From Lingula anatina (Eukaryota > Animalia > Brachiopoda), in NCBI GenBank assembly GCA_051362555.1, contig CM120641.1, positions 22,816,001-22,880,000 on the forward strand: 64,000 nucleotides of DNA, read 5' to 3'. A program made the position numbers and the translations under genes. Positions within the stretch are counted from its first letter, which is position 1. Each line of letters starts with the position of its first letter. Positions 39,820 through 54,800 of this stretch are shown one piece after another. Below the pieces are notes generated by a model, which worked only from the letters and a program-made list of their open reading frames with translations, made no database searches and was not told the origin of the DNA.

Positions 39820-42800
39820 TACCTGGCCAAAATTGAAGAAAACTGCCATATCCGGACCTTACGAAAATCACTCAAAATCACCCAAAAATGACCCGTCAAA
39901 AATTTTTCCAAAAAGTGATGAAAATCAATTTACCACACCTGACATTCATAAAAAATGTGGAAACGCGCCCAGGTCACTTCATTAAAGCCCCCAATTTCAG
40001 CTTTAAAGATTGCCAGAAAGCACACCTGAGAACAGGATTTGGAGAGGGGGGGGGGTGGAGAGAGTTTTTGCTCTATTTCTTCCTTAATAATGATACAACC
40101 ACTCTTCCAGTACTTTATCCTCACTACAAATGACCAAACACGCCTACCTGACACAATATTGAAGAAAAAAATTTTTCATCCCTACCTGGCCAAAATTGAA
40201 GAAAACTGCCATATCCGGACCTTACGAAAATCACTCAAAATCACCCAAAAATGACCCGTCAAAAAATTTTCCAAAAAGTGATGAAAATCAATTTACCACA
40301 CCTGACATTCATAAAAAATGTGGAAACGCGCCCGGGTCACTTCATTAAAGCCCCCAATTTCAGCTTTAAAGATTGCCAGAAAGCACACCTGAGAACAGGA
40401 TTTGGAGAGGGGGGGGTGGAGAGAGTTTTTGCTCTATTTCTTCCTTAATAATGATACAACCACTCTTCCAGTACTTTATCCTCACTACAAATGACCAAAC
40501 ACACCTACCTGACACAATATTGAAGAAAAAAATTTTTCATCCCTACCTGGCCAAAATTGAAGAAAACTGCCATATCCGGACCTTACGAAAATCACTCAAA
40601 ATCACCCAAAAATGACCCGTCAAAAATTTTTCCAAAAAGTGATGAAAATCAATTTACCACACCTGACATTCATAAAAAATGTGGAAACGCGCCCGGGTCA
40701 CTTCATTAAAGCCCCCAATTTCAGCTTTAAAGATTGCCAGAAAGCACACCTGAGAACAGGATTTGGAGAGGGGGGGGTGGAGAGAGTTTTTGCTCTATTT
40801 CTTCCTTAATAATGATACAACCACTCTTCCAGTACTTTATCCTCACTACAAATGACCAAACACACCTACCTGACACAATATTGAAGAAAAAAATTTTTCA
40901 TCCCTACCTGGCCAAAATTGAAGAAAACTGCCATATCCGGACCTTACGAAAATCACTCAAAATCACCCAAAAATGACCCGTCAAAAATTTTTCCAAAAAG
41001 TGATGAAAATCAATTTACCACACCTGACATTCATAAAAAATGTGGAAACGCGCCCAGGTCACTTCATTAAAGCCCCCAATTTCAGCTTTAAAGATTGCCA
41101 GAAAGCACACCTGAGAACAGGATTTGGAGAGGGGGGGGTGGAGAGAGTTTTTGCTCTATTTCTTCCTTAATAATGATACAACCACTCTTCCAGTACTTTA
41201 TCCTCACTACAAATGACCAAACACACCTACCTGACACAATATTGAAGAAAAAAATTTTTCATCCCTACCTGGCCAAAATTGAAGAAAACTGCCATATCCG
41301 GACCTTACGAAAATCACTCAAAATCACCCAAAAATGACCCGTCAAAAATTTTTCCAAAAAGTGATGAAAATCAATTTACCACACCTGACATTCATAAAAA
41401 ATGTGGAAACGCGCCCGGGTCACTTCATTAAAGCCCCCAATTTCAGCTTTAAAGATTGCCAGAAAGCACACCTGAGAACAGGATTTGGAGAGGGGGGGGT
41501 GGAGAGAGTTTTTGCTCTATTTCTTCCTTAATAATGATACAACCACTCTTCCAGTACTTTATCCTCACTACAAATGACCAAACACACCTACCTGACACAA
41601 TATTGAAGAAAAAAATTTTTCATCCCTACCTGGCCAAAATTGAAGAAAACTGCCATATCCGGACCTTACGAAAATCACTCAAAATCACCCAAAAATGACC
41701 CGTCAAAAATTTTTCCAAAAAGTGATGAAAATCAATTTACCACACATGACATTCATAAAAAATGTGGAAACGCGCCCGGGTCACTTCATTAAAGCCCCCA
41801 ATTTCAGCTTTAAAGATTGCCAGAAAGCACACCTGAGAACAGGATTTGGAGAGGGGGGGGGTGGAGAGAGTTTTTGCTCTATTTCTTCCTTAATAATGAT
41901 ACAACCACTCTTCCAGTACTTTATCCTCACTACAAATGACCAAACACACCTACCTGACACAATATTGAAGAAAAAAATTTTTCATCCCTACCTGGCCAAA
42001 ATTGAAGAAAACTGCCATATCCGGACCTTACGAAAATCACTCAAAATCACCCAAAAATGACCCGTCAAAAATTTTTCCAAAAAGTGATGAAAATCAATTT
42101 ACCACACCTGACATTCATAAAAAATGTGGAAACGCGCCCGGGTCACTTCATTAAAGCCCCCAATTTCAGCTTTAAAGATTGCCAGAAAGCACACCTGAGA
42201 ACAGGATTTGGAGAGGGGGGGGTGGAGAGAGTTTTTGCTCTATTTCTTCCTTAATAATGATACAACCACTCTTCCAGTACTTTATCCTCACTACAAATGA
42301 CCAAACACACCTACCTGACACAATATTGAAGAAAAAAATTTTTCATCCCTACCTGGCCAAAATTGAAGAAAACTGCCATATCCGGACCTTACGAAAATCA
42401 CTCAAAATCACCCAAAAATGACCCGTCAAAAATTTTTCCAAAAAGTGATGAAAATCAATTTACCACACCTGACATTCATAAAAAATGTGGAAACGCGCCC
42501 GGGTCACTTCATTAAAGCCCCCAATTTCAGCTTTAAAGATTGCCAGAAAGCACACCTGAGAACAGGATTTGGAGAGGGGGGGGTGGAGAGAGTTTTTGCT
42601 CTATTTCTTCCTTAATAATGATACAACCACTCTTCCAGTACTTTATCCTCACTACAAATGACCAAACACACCTACCTGACACAATATTGAAGAAAAAAAT
42701 TTTTCATCCCTACCTGGCCAAAATTGAAGAAAACTGCCATATCCGGACCTTACGAAAATCACTCAAAATCACCCAAAAATGACAAGTCAAAAATTTTTCC

Positions 42801-45800
42801 AAAAAGTGATGAAAATCAATTTACCACACCTGACATTCATAAAAAATGTGGAAACGCGCCCGGGTCACTTCATTAAAGCCCCTAATTTCAGCTTTAAAGA
42901 TTGCCAGAAAGCACACCTGAGAACAGGATTTGGAGAGGGGGGGGTGGAGAGAGTTTTTGCTCTATTTCTTCCTTAATAATGATACAACCACTCTTCCAGT
43001 ACTTTATCCTCACTACAAATGACCAAACACACCTACCTGACACAATATTGAAGAAAAAAATTTTTCATCCCTACCTGGCCAAAATTGAAGAAAACTGCCA
43101 TATCCGGACCTTACGAAAATCACTCAAAATCAAAAATTTTTCCAAAAAGTGATGAAAATCAATTTACCACACCTGACATTCATAAAAAATGTGGAAACGC
43201 GCCCGGGTCACTTCATTAAAGCCCCCAATTTCAGCTTTAAAGATTGCCAGAAAGCACACCTGAGAACAGGATTTGGAGAGGGGGGGGTGGAGAGAGTTTT
43301 TGCTCTATTTCTTCCTTAATAATGATACAACCACTCTTCCAGTACTTTATCCTCACTACAAATGACCAAACACACCTACCTGACACAATATTGAAGAAAA
43401 AAATTTTTCATCCCTACCTGGCCAAAATTGAAGAAAACTGCCATATCCGGACCTTACGAAAATCACTCAAAATCACCCAAAAATGACCCGTCAAAAATTT
43501 TTCCAAAAAGTGATGAAAATCAATTTACCACACCTGACATTCATAAAAAATGTGGAAACGCGCCCGGGTCACTTCATTAAAGCCCCCAATTTCAGCTTTA
43601 AAGATTGCCAGAAAGCACACCTGAGAACAGGATTTGGAGAGGGGGGGGTGGAGAGAGTTTTTGCTCTATTTCTTCCTTAATAATGATACAACCACTCTTC
43701 CAGTACTTTATCCTCACTACAAATGACCAAACACACCTACCTGACACAATATTGAAGAAAAAAATTTTTCATCCCTACCTGGCCAAAATTGAAGAAAACT
43801 GCCATATCCGGACCTTACGAAAATCACTCAAAATCACCCAAAAATGACCCGTCAAAAATTTTTCCAAAAAGTGATGAAAATCAATTTACCACACCTGACA
43901 TTCATAAAAAATGTGGAAACGCGCCCGGGTCACTTCATTAAAGCCCCCAATTTCAGCTTTAAAGATTGCCAGAAAGCACACCTGAGAACAGGATTTGGAG
44001 AGGGGGGGGGTGGAGAGAGTTTTTGCTCTATTTCTTCCTTAATAATGATACAACCACTCTTCCAGTACTTTATCCTCACTACAAATGACCAAACACACCT
44101 ACCTGACACAATATTGAAGAAAAAAATTTTTCATCCCTACCTGGCCAAAATTGAAGAAAACTGCCATATCCGGACCTTACGAAAATCACTCAAAATCACC
44201 CAAAAATGACCCGTCAAAAATTTTTCCAAAAAGTGATGAAAATCAATTTACCACACCTGACATTCATAAAAAATGTGGAAACGCGCCCGGGTCACTTCAT
44301 TAAAGCCCCCAATTTCAGCTTTAAAGATTGCCAGAAAGCACACCTGAGAACAGGATTTGGAGAGGGGGGGGGGGGTGGAGAGAGTTTTTGCTCTATTTCT
44401 TCCTTAATAATGATACAACCACTCTTCCAGTACTTTATCCTCACTACAAATGACCAAACACACCTACCTGACACAATATTGAAGAAAAAAATTTTTCATC
44501 CCTACCTGGCCAAAATTGAAGAAAACTGCCATATCCGGACCTTACGAAAATCACTCAAAATCACCCAAAAATGACCCGTCAAAAATTTTTCCAAAAAGTG
44601 ATGAAAATCAATTTACCACACCTGACATTCATAAAAAATGTGGAAACGCGCCCGGGTCACTTCATTAAAGCCCCCAATTTCAGCTTTAAAGATTGCCAGA
44701 AAGCACACCTGAGAACAGGATTTGGAGAGGGGGGGGGTGGAGAGAGTTTTTGCTCTATTTCTTCCTTAATAATGATACAACCACTCTTCCAGTACTTTAT
44801 CCTCACTACAAATGACCAAACACACCTACCTGACACAATATTGAAGAAAAAAATTTTTCATCCCTACCTGGCCAAAATTGAAGAAAACTGCCATATCCGG
44901 ACCTTACGAAAATCACTCAAAATCACCCAAAAATGACCCGTCAAAAATTTTTCCAAAAAGTGATGAAAATCAATTTACCACACCTGACATTCATAAAAAA
45001 TGTGGAAACGCGCCCGGGTCACTTCATTAAAGCCCCCAATTTCAGCTTTAAAGATTGCCAGAAAGCACACCTGAGAACAGGATTTGGAGAGGGGGGGGTG
45101 GAGAGAGTTTTTGCTCTATTTCTTCCTTAATAATGATACAACCACTCTTCCAGTACTTTATCCTCACTACAAATGACCAAACACACCTACCTGACACAAT
45201 ATTGAAGAAAAAAATTTTTCATCCCTACCTGGCCAAAATTGAAGAAAACTGCCATATCCGGACCTTACGAAAATCACTCAAAATCACCCAAAAATGACCC
45301 GTCAAAAATTTTTCCAAAAAGTGATGAAAATCAATTTACCACACCTGACATTCATAAAAAATGTGGAAACGCGCCCGGGTCACTTCATTAAAGCCCCCAA
45401 TTTCAGCTTTAAAGATTGCCAGAAAGCACACCTGAGAACAGGATTTGGAGAGGGGGGGGGGTGGAGAGAGTTTTTGCTCTATTTCTTCCTTAATAATGAT
45501 ACAACCACTCTTCCAGTACTTTATCCTCACTACAAATGACCAAACACACCTACCTGACACAATATTGAAGAAAAAAATTTTTCATCCCTACCTGGCCAAA
45601 ATTGAAGAAAACTGCCATATCCGGACCTTACGAAAATCACTCAAAATCACCCAAAAATGACCCGTCAAAAATTTTTCCAAAAAGTGATGAAAATCAATTT
45701 ACCACACCTGACATTCATAAAAAATGTGGAAACGCGCCCGGGTCACTTCATTAAAGCCCCCAATTTCAGCTTTAAAGATTGCCAGAAAGCACACCTGAGA

Positions 45801-48800
45801 ACAGGATTTGGAGAGGGGGGGGGTGGAGAGAGTTTTTGCTCTATTTCTTCCTTAATAATGATACAACCACTCTTCCAGTACTTTATCCTCACTACAAATG
45901 ACCAAACACACCTACCTGACACAATATTGAAGAAAAAAATTTTTCATCCCTACCTGGCCAAAATTGAAGAAAACTGCCATATCCGGACCTTACGAAAATC
46001 ACTCAAAATCACCCAAAAATGACCCGTCAAAAATTTTTCCAAAAAGTGATGAAAATCAATTTACCACACCTGACATTCATAAAAAATGTGGAAACGCGCC
46101 CGGGTCACTTCATTAAAGCCCCCAATTTCAGCTTTAAAGATTGCCAGAAAGCACACCTGAGAACAGGATTTGGAGAGGGGGGGGTGGAGAGAGTTTTTGC
46201 TCTATTTCTTCCTTAATAATGATACAACCACTCTTCCAGTACTTTATCCTCACTACAAATGACCAAACACACCTACCTGACACAATATTGAAGAAAAAAA
46301 TTTTTCATCCCTACCTGGCCAAAATTGAAGAAAACTGCCATATCCGGACCTTACGAAAATCACTCAAAATCACCCAAAAATGACCCGTCAAAAATTTTTC
46401 CAAAAAGTGATGAAAATCAATTTACCACACCTGACATTCATAAAAAATGTGGAAACGCGCCCGGGTCACTTCATTAAAGCCCCCAATTTCAGCTTTAAAG
46501 ATTGCCAGAAAGCACACCTGAGAACAGGATTTGGAGAGGGGGGGGTGGAGAGAGTTTTTGCTCTATTTCTTCCTTAATGATACAACCACTCTTCCAGTAC
46601 TTTATCCTCACTACAAATGACCAAACACACCTACCTGACACAATATTGAAGAAAAAAATTTTTCATCCCTACCTGGCCAAAATTGAAGAAAACTGCCATA
46701 TCCGGACCTTACGAAAATCACTCAAAATCACCCAAAAATGACCCGTCAAAAATTTTTCCAAAAAGTGATGAAAATCAATTTACCACACCTGACATTCATA
46801 AAAAATGTGGAAACGCGCCCGGGTCACTTCATTAAAGCCCCCAATTTCAGCTTTAAAGATTGCCAGAAAGCACACCTGAGAACAGGATTTGGAGAGGGGG
46901 GGGTGGAGAAAGTTTTTGCTCTATTTCTTCCTTAATAATGATACAACCACTCTTCCAGTACTTTATCCTCACTACAAATGACCAAACACACCTACCTGAC
47001 ACAATATTGAAGAAAAAAATTTTTCATCCCTACCTGGCCAAAATTGAAGAAAACTGCCATATCCGGACCTTACGAAAATCACTCAAAATCACCCAAAAAT
47101 GACCCGTCAAAAATTTTTCCAAAAAGTGATGAAAATCAATTTACCACACCTGACATTCATAAAAAATGTGGAAACGCGCCCGGGTCACTTCATTAAAGCC
47201 CCCAATTTCAGCTTTAAAGATTGCCAGAAAGCACACCTGAGAACAGGATTTGGAGAGGGGGGGGTGGAGAGAGTTTTTGCTCTATTTCTTCCTTAATAAT
47301 GATACAACCACTCTTCCAGTACTTTATCCTCACTACAAACGACCAAACACACCTACCTGACACAATATTGAAGAAAAAAATTTTTCATCCCTACCTGGCC
47401 AAAATTGAAGAAAACTGCCATATCCGGACCTTACGAAAATCACTCAAAATCACCCAAAAATGACCCGTCAAAAATTTTTCCAAAAAGTGATGAAAATCAA
47501 TTTACCACACCTGACATTCATAAAAAATGTGGAAACGCGCCCGGGTCACTTCATTAAAGCCCCCAATTTCAGCTTTAAAGATTGCCAGAAAGCACACCTG
47601 AGAACAGGATTTGGAGAGGGGGGGGGGTGGAGAGAGTTTTTGCTCTATTTCTTCCTTAATAATGATACAACCACTCTTCCAGTACTTTATCCTCACTACA
47701 AATGACCAAACACACCTACCTGACACAATATTGAAGAAAAAAATTTTTCATCCCTACCTGGCCAAAATTGAAGAAAACTGCCATATCCGGACCTTACGAA
47801 AATCACTCAAAATCACCCAAAAATGACCCGTCAAAAATTTTTCCAAAAAGTGATGAAAATCAATTTACCACACCTGACATTCATAAAAAATGTGGAAACG
47901 CGCCCGGGTCACTTCATTAAAGCCCCCAATTTCAGCTTTAAAGATTTCCAGAAAGCACACCTGAGAACAGGATTTGGAGAGGGGGGGGGGGTGGAGAGAG
48001 TTTTTGCTCTATTTCTTCCTTAATAATGATACAACCACTCTTCCAGTACTTTATCCTCACTACAAATGACCAAACACACCTACCTGACACAATATTGAAG
48101 AAAAAAATTTTTCATCCCTACCTGGCCAAAATTGAAGAAAACTGCCATATCCGGACCTTACGAAAATCACTCAAAATCACCCAAAAATGACCCGTCAAAA
48201 ATTTTTCCAAAAAGTGATGAAAATCAATTTACCACACCTGACATTCATAAAAAATGTGGAAACGCGCCCGGGTCACTTCATTAAAGCCCCCAATTTCAGC
48301 TTTAAAGATTGCCAGAAAGCACACCTGAGAACAGGATTTGGAGAGGGGGGGGGTGGAGAGAGTTTTTGCTCTATTTCTTCCTTAATAATGATACAACCAC
48401 TCTTCCAGTACTTTATCCTCACTACAAATGACCAAACACACCTACCTGACACAATATTGAAGAAAAAAATTTTTCATCCCTACCTGGCCAAAATTGAAGA
48501 AAACTGCCATATCCGGACCTTACGAAAATCACTCAAAATCACCCAAAAATGACCCGTCAAAAATTTTTCCAAAAAGTGATGAAAATCAATTTACCACACC
48601 TGACATTCATAAAAAATGTGGAAACGCGCCCGGGTCACTTCATTAAAGCCCCCAATTTCAGCTTTAAAGATTGCCAGAAAGCACACCTGAGAACAGGATT
48701 TGGAGAGGGGGGGGTGGAGAGAGTTTTTGCTCTATTTCTTCCTTAATAATGATACAACCACTCTTCCAGTACTTTATCCTCACTACAAATGACCAAACAC

Positions 48801-51800
48801 ACCTACCTGACACAATATTGAAGAAAAAAATTCTTCATCCCTACCTGGCCAAAATTGAAGAAAACTGCCATATCCGGACCTTACGAAAATCACTCAAAAT
48901 CACCCAAAAATGACCCGTCAAAAATTTTTCCAAAAAGTGATGAAAATCAATTTACCACACCTGACATTCATAAAAAATGTGGAAACGCGCCCGGGTCACT
49001 TCATTAAAGCCCCCAATTTCAGCTTTAAAGATTGCCAGAAAGCACACCTGAGAACAGGATTTGGAGAGGGGGGGGGGGTGGAGAGAGTTTTTGCTCTATT
49101 TCTTCCTTAATAATGATACAACCACTCTTCCAGTACTTTATCCTCACTACAAATGACCAAACACACCTACCTGACACAATATTGAAGAAAAAAATTTTTC
49201 ATCCCTACCTGGCCAAAATTGAAGAAAACTGCCATATCCGGACCTTACGAAAATCACTCAAAATCACCCAAAAATGACCCGTCAAAAATTTTTCCAAAAA
49301 GTGATGAAAATCAATTTACCACACCTGACATTCATAAAAAATGTGGAAACGCGCCCGGGTCACTTCATTAAAGCCCCCAATTTCAGCTTTAAAGATTGCC
49401 AGAAAGCACACCTGAGAACAGGATTTGGAGAGGGGGGGGGTGGAGAGAGTTTTTGCTCTATTTCTTCCTTAATAATGATACAACCACTCTTCCAGTACTT
49501 TATCCTCACTACAAATGACCAAACACACCTACCTGACACAATATTGAAGAAAAAAATTTTTCATCCCTACCTGGCCAAAATTGAAGAAAACTGCCATATC
49601 CGGACCTTACGAAAATCACTCAAAATCACCCAAAAATGACCCGTCAAAAATTTTTCCAAAAAGTGATGAAAATCAATTTACCACACCTGACATTCATAAA
49701 AAATGTGGAAACGCGCCCGGGTCACTTCATTAAAGCCCCCAATTTCAGCTTTAAAGATTGCCAGAAAGCACACCTGAGAACAGGATTTGGAGAGGGGGGG
49801 GTGGAGAGAGTTTTTGCTCTATTTCTTCCTTAATAATGATACAACCACTCTTCCAGTACTTTATCCTCACTACAAATGACCAAACACACCTACCTGACAC
49901 AATATTGAAGAAAAAATTCTTCATCCCTACCTGGCCAAAATTGAAGAAAACTGCCATATCCGGACCTTACGAAAATCACTCAAAATCACCCAAAAATGAC
50001 CCGTCAAAAATTTTTCCAAAAAGTGATGAAAATCAATTTACCACACCTGACATTCATAAAAAATGTGGAAACGCGCCCGGGTCACTTCATTAAAGCCCCC
50101 AATTTCAGCTTTAAAGATTGCCAGAAAGCACACCTGAGAACAGGATTTGGAGAGGGGGGGGGTGGAGAGAGTTTTTGCTCTATTTCTTCCTTAATAATGA
50201 TACAACCACTCTTCCAGTACTTTATCCTCACTACAAATGACCAAACACACCTACCTGACACAATATTGAAGAAAAAAATTTTTCATCCCTACCTGGCCAA
50301 AATTGAAGAAAACTGCCATATCCGGACCTTACGAAAATCACTCAAAATCACCCAAAAATGACCCGTCAAAAATTTTTCCAAAAAGTGATGAAAATCAATT
50401 TACCACACCTGACATTCATAAAAAATGTGGAAACGCGCCCGGGTCACTTCATTAAAGCCCCCAATTTCAGCTTTAAAGATTGCCAGAAAGCACACCTGAG
50501 AACAGGATTTGGAGAGGGGGGGGGGTGGAGAGAGTTTTTGCTCTATTTCTTCCTTAATAATGATACAACCACTCTTCCAGTACTTTATCCTCACTACAAA
50601 TGACCAAACACACCTACCTGACACAATATTGAAGAAAAAAATTTTTCATCCCTACCTGGCCAAAATTGAAGAAAACTGCCATATCCGGACCTTACGAAAA
50701 TCACTCAAAATCACCCAAAAATGACCCGTCAAAAATTTTTCCAAAAAGTGATGAAAATCAATTTACCACACCTGACATTCATAAAAAATGTGGAAACGCG
50801 CCCGGGTCACTTCATTAAAGCCCCCAATTTCAGCTTTAAAGATTGCCAGAAAGCACACCTGAGAACAGGATTTGGAGAGGGGGGGGGGGGTGGAGAGAGT
50901 TTTTGCTCTATTTCTTCCTTAATAATGATACAACCACTCTTCCAGTACTTTATCCTCACTACAAATGACCAAACACACCTACCTGACACAATATTGAAGA
51001 AAAAAATTTTTCATCCCTACCTGGCCAAAATTGAAGAAAACTGCCATATCCGGACCTTACGAAAATCACTCAAAATCACCCAAAAATGACCCGTCAAAAA
51101 TTTTTCCAAAAAGTGATGAAAATCAATTTACCACACCTGACATTCATAAAAAATGTGGAAACGCGCCCGGGTCACTTCATTAAAGCCCCCAATTTCAGCT
51201 TTAAAGATTGCCAGAAAGCACACCTGAGAACAGGATTTGGAGAGGGGGGGGGTGGAGAGAGTTTTTGCTCTATTTCTTCCTTAATAATGATACAACCACT
51301 CTTCCAGTACTTTATCCTCACTACAAATGACCAAACACACCTACCTGACACAATATTGAAGAAAAAAATTTTTCATCCCTACCTGGCCAAAATTGAAGAA
51401 AACTGCCATATCCGGACCTTACGAAAATCACTCAAAATCACCCAAAAATGACCCGTCAAAAATTTTTCCAAAAAGTGATGAAAATCAATTTACCACACCT
51501 GACATTCATAAAAAATGTGGAAACGCGCCCGGGTCACTTCATTAAAGCCCCCAATTTCAGCTTTAAAGATTGCCAGAAAGCACACCTGAGAACAGGATTT
51601 GGAGAGGGGGGGGGTGGAGAGAGTTTTTGCTCTATTTCTTCCTTAATAATGATACAACCACTCTTCCAGTACTTTATCCTCACTACAAATGACCAAACAC
51701 ACCTACCTGACACAATATTGAAGAAAAAAATTTTTCATCCCTACCTGGCCAAAATTGAAGAAAACTGCCATATCCGGACCTTACGAAAATCACTCAAAAT

Positions 51801-54800
51801 CACCCAAAAATGACCCGTCAAAAATTTTTCCAAAAAGTGATGAAAATCAATTTACCACACCTGACATTCATAAAAAATGTGGAAACGCGCCCGGGTCACT
51901 TCATTAAAGCCCCCAATTTCAGCTTTAAAGATTGCCAGAAAGCACACCTGAGAACAGGATTTGGAGAGGGGGGGGGTGGAGAGAGTTTTTGCTCTATTTC
52001 TTCCTTAATAATGATACAACCACTCTTCCAGTACTTTATCCTCACTACAAATGACCAAACACACCTACCTGACACAATATTGAAGAAAAAAATTTTTCAT
52101 CCCTACCTGGCCAAAATTGAAGAAAACTGCCATATCCGGACCTTACGAAAATCACTCAAAATCACCCAAAAATGACCCGTCAAAAATTTTTCCAAAAAGT
52201 GATGAAAATCAATTTACCACACCTGACATTCATAAAAAATGTGGAAACGCGCCCGGGTCACTTCATTAAAGCCCCCAATTTCAGCTTTAAAGATTGCCAG
52301 AAAGCACACCTGAGAACAGGATTTGGAGAGGGGGGGTGGAGAGAGTTTTTGCTCTATTTCTTCCTTAATAATGATACAACCACTCTTCCAGTACTTTATC
52401 CTCACTACAAATGACCAAACACACCTACCTGACACAATATTGAAGAAAAAAATTTTTCATCCTTACCTGGCCAAAATTGAAGAAAACTGCCATATCCGGA
52501 CCTTACGAAAATCACTCAAAATCACCCAAAAATGACCCGTCAAAAATTTTTCCAAAAAGTGATGAAAATCAATTTACCACACCTGACATTCATAAAAAAT
52601 GTGGAAACGCGCCCGGGTCACTTCATTAAAGCCCCCAATTTCAGCTTTAAAGATTGCCAGAAAGCACACCTGAGAACAGGATTTGGAGAGGGGGGGGTGG
52701 AGAGAGTTTTTGCTCTATTTCTTCCTTAATAATGATACAACCACTCTTCCAGTACTTTATCCTCACTACAAATGACCAAACACACCTACCTGACACAATA
52801 TTGAAGAAAAAAATTTTTCATCCCTACCTGGCCAAAATTGAAGAAAACTGCCATATCCGGACCTTACGAAAATCACTCAAAATCACCCAAAAATGACCCG
52901 TCAAAAATTTTTCCAAAAAGTGATGAAAATCAATTTACCACACCTGACATTCATAAAAAATGTGGAAACGCGCCCGGGTCACTTCATTAAAGCCCCCAAT
53001 TTCAGCTTTAAAGATTGCCAGAAAGCACACCTGAGAACAGGATTTGGAGAGGGGGGGGTGGAGAGAGTTTTTGCTCTATTTCTTCCTTAATAATGATACA
53101 ACCACTCTTCCAGTACTTTATCCTCACTACAAATGACCAAACACACCTACCTGACACAATATTGAAGAAAAAAATTTTTCATCCCTACCTGGCCAAAATT
53201 GAAGAAAACTGCCATATCCGGACCTTACGAAAATCACTCAAAATCACCCAAAAATGACCCGTCAAAAATTTTTCCAAAAAGTGATGAAAATCAATTTACC
53301 ACACCTGACATTCATAAAAAATGTGGAAACGCGCCCGGGTCACTTCATTAAAGCCCCCAATTTCAGCTTTAAAGATTGCCAGAAAGCACACCTGAGAACA
53401 GGATTTGGAGAGGGGGGGGTGGAGAGAGTTTTTGCTCTATTTCTTCCTTAATAATGATACAACCACTCTTCCAGTACTTTATCCTCACTACAAATGACCA
53501 AACACACCTACCTGACACAATATTGAAGAAAAAAATTTTTCATCCCTACCTGGCCAAAATTGAAGAAAACTGCCATATCCGGACCTTACGAAAATCACTC
53601 AAAATCACCCAAAAATGACCCGTCAAAAATTTTTCCAAAAAGTGATGAAAATCAATTTACCACACCTGACATTCATAAAAAATGTGGAAACGCGCCCGGG
53701 TCACTTCATTAAAGCCCCCAATTTCAGCTTTAAAGATTGCCAGAAAGCACACCTGAGAACAGGATTTGGAGAGGGGGGGGTGGAGAGAGTTTTTGCTCTA
53801 TTTCTTCCTTAATAATGATACAACCACTCTTCCAGTACTTTATCCTCACTACAAATGACCAAACACACCTACCTGACACAATATTGAAGAAAAAAATTTT
53901 TCATCCCTACCTGGCCAAAATTGAAGAAAACTGCCATATCCGGACCTTACGAAAATCACTCAAAATCACCCAAAAATGACCCGTCAAAAATTTTTCCAAA
54001 AAGTGATGAAAAATCAATTTACCACACCTGACATTCATAAAAAATGTGGAAACGCGCCCGGGTCACTTCATTAAAGCCCCCAATTTCAGCTTTAAAGATT
54101 GCCAGAAAGCACACCTGAGAACAGGATTTGGAGAGGGGGGGGTGGAGAGAGTTTTTGCTCTATTTCTTCCTTAATAATGATACAACCACTCTTCCAGTAC
54201 TTTATCCTCACTACAAATGACCAAACACACCTACCTGACACAATATTGAAGAAAAAAATTTTTCATCCCTACCTGGCCAAAATTGAAGAAAACTGCCATA
54301 TCCGGACCTTACGAAAATCACTCAAAATCACCCAAAAATGACCCGTCAAAAATTTTTCCAAAAAGTGATGAAAATCAATTTACCACACCTGACATTCATA
54401 AAAAATGTGGAAACGCGCCCGGGTCACTTCATTAAAGCCCCCAATTTCAGCTTTAAAGATTGCCAGAAAGCACACCTGAGAACAGGATTTGGAGAGGGGG
54501 GGGTGGAGAGAGTTTTTGCTCTATTTCTTCCTTAATAATGATACAACCACTCTTCCAGTACTTTATCCTCACTACAAATGACCAAACACACCTACCTGAC
54601 ACAATATTGAAGAAAAAAATTTTTCATCCCTACCTGGCCAAAATTGAAGAAAACTGCCATATCCGGACCTTACGAAAATCACTCAAAATCACCCAAAAAT
54701 GACCCGTCAAAAATTTTTCCAAAAAGTGATGAAAATCAATTTACCACACCTGACATTCATAAAAAATGTGGAAACGCGCCCGGGTCACTTCATTAAAGCC

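Noticed and set aside
46571-46580. 3-bp deletion (TTAATAATGA > TTAATGA)
   Set aside because: A real difference but ordinary slippage in a short TAA/AAT repeat, seen in a single monomer with no further structure.
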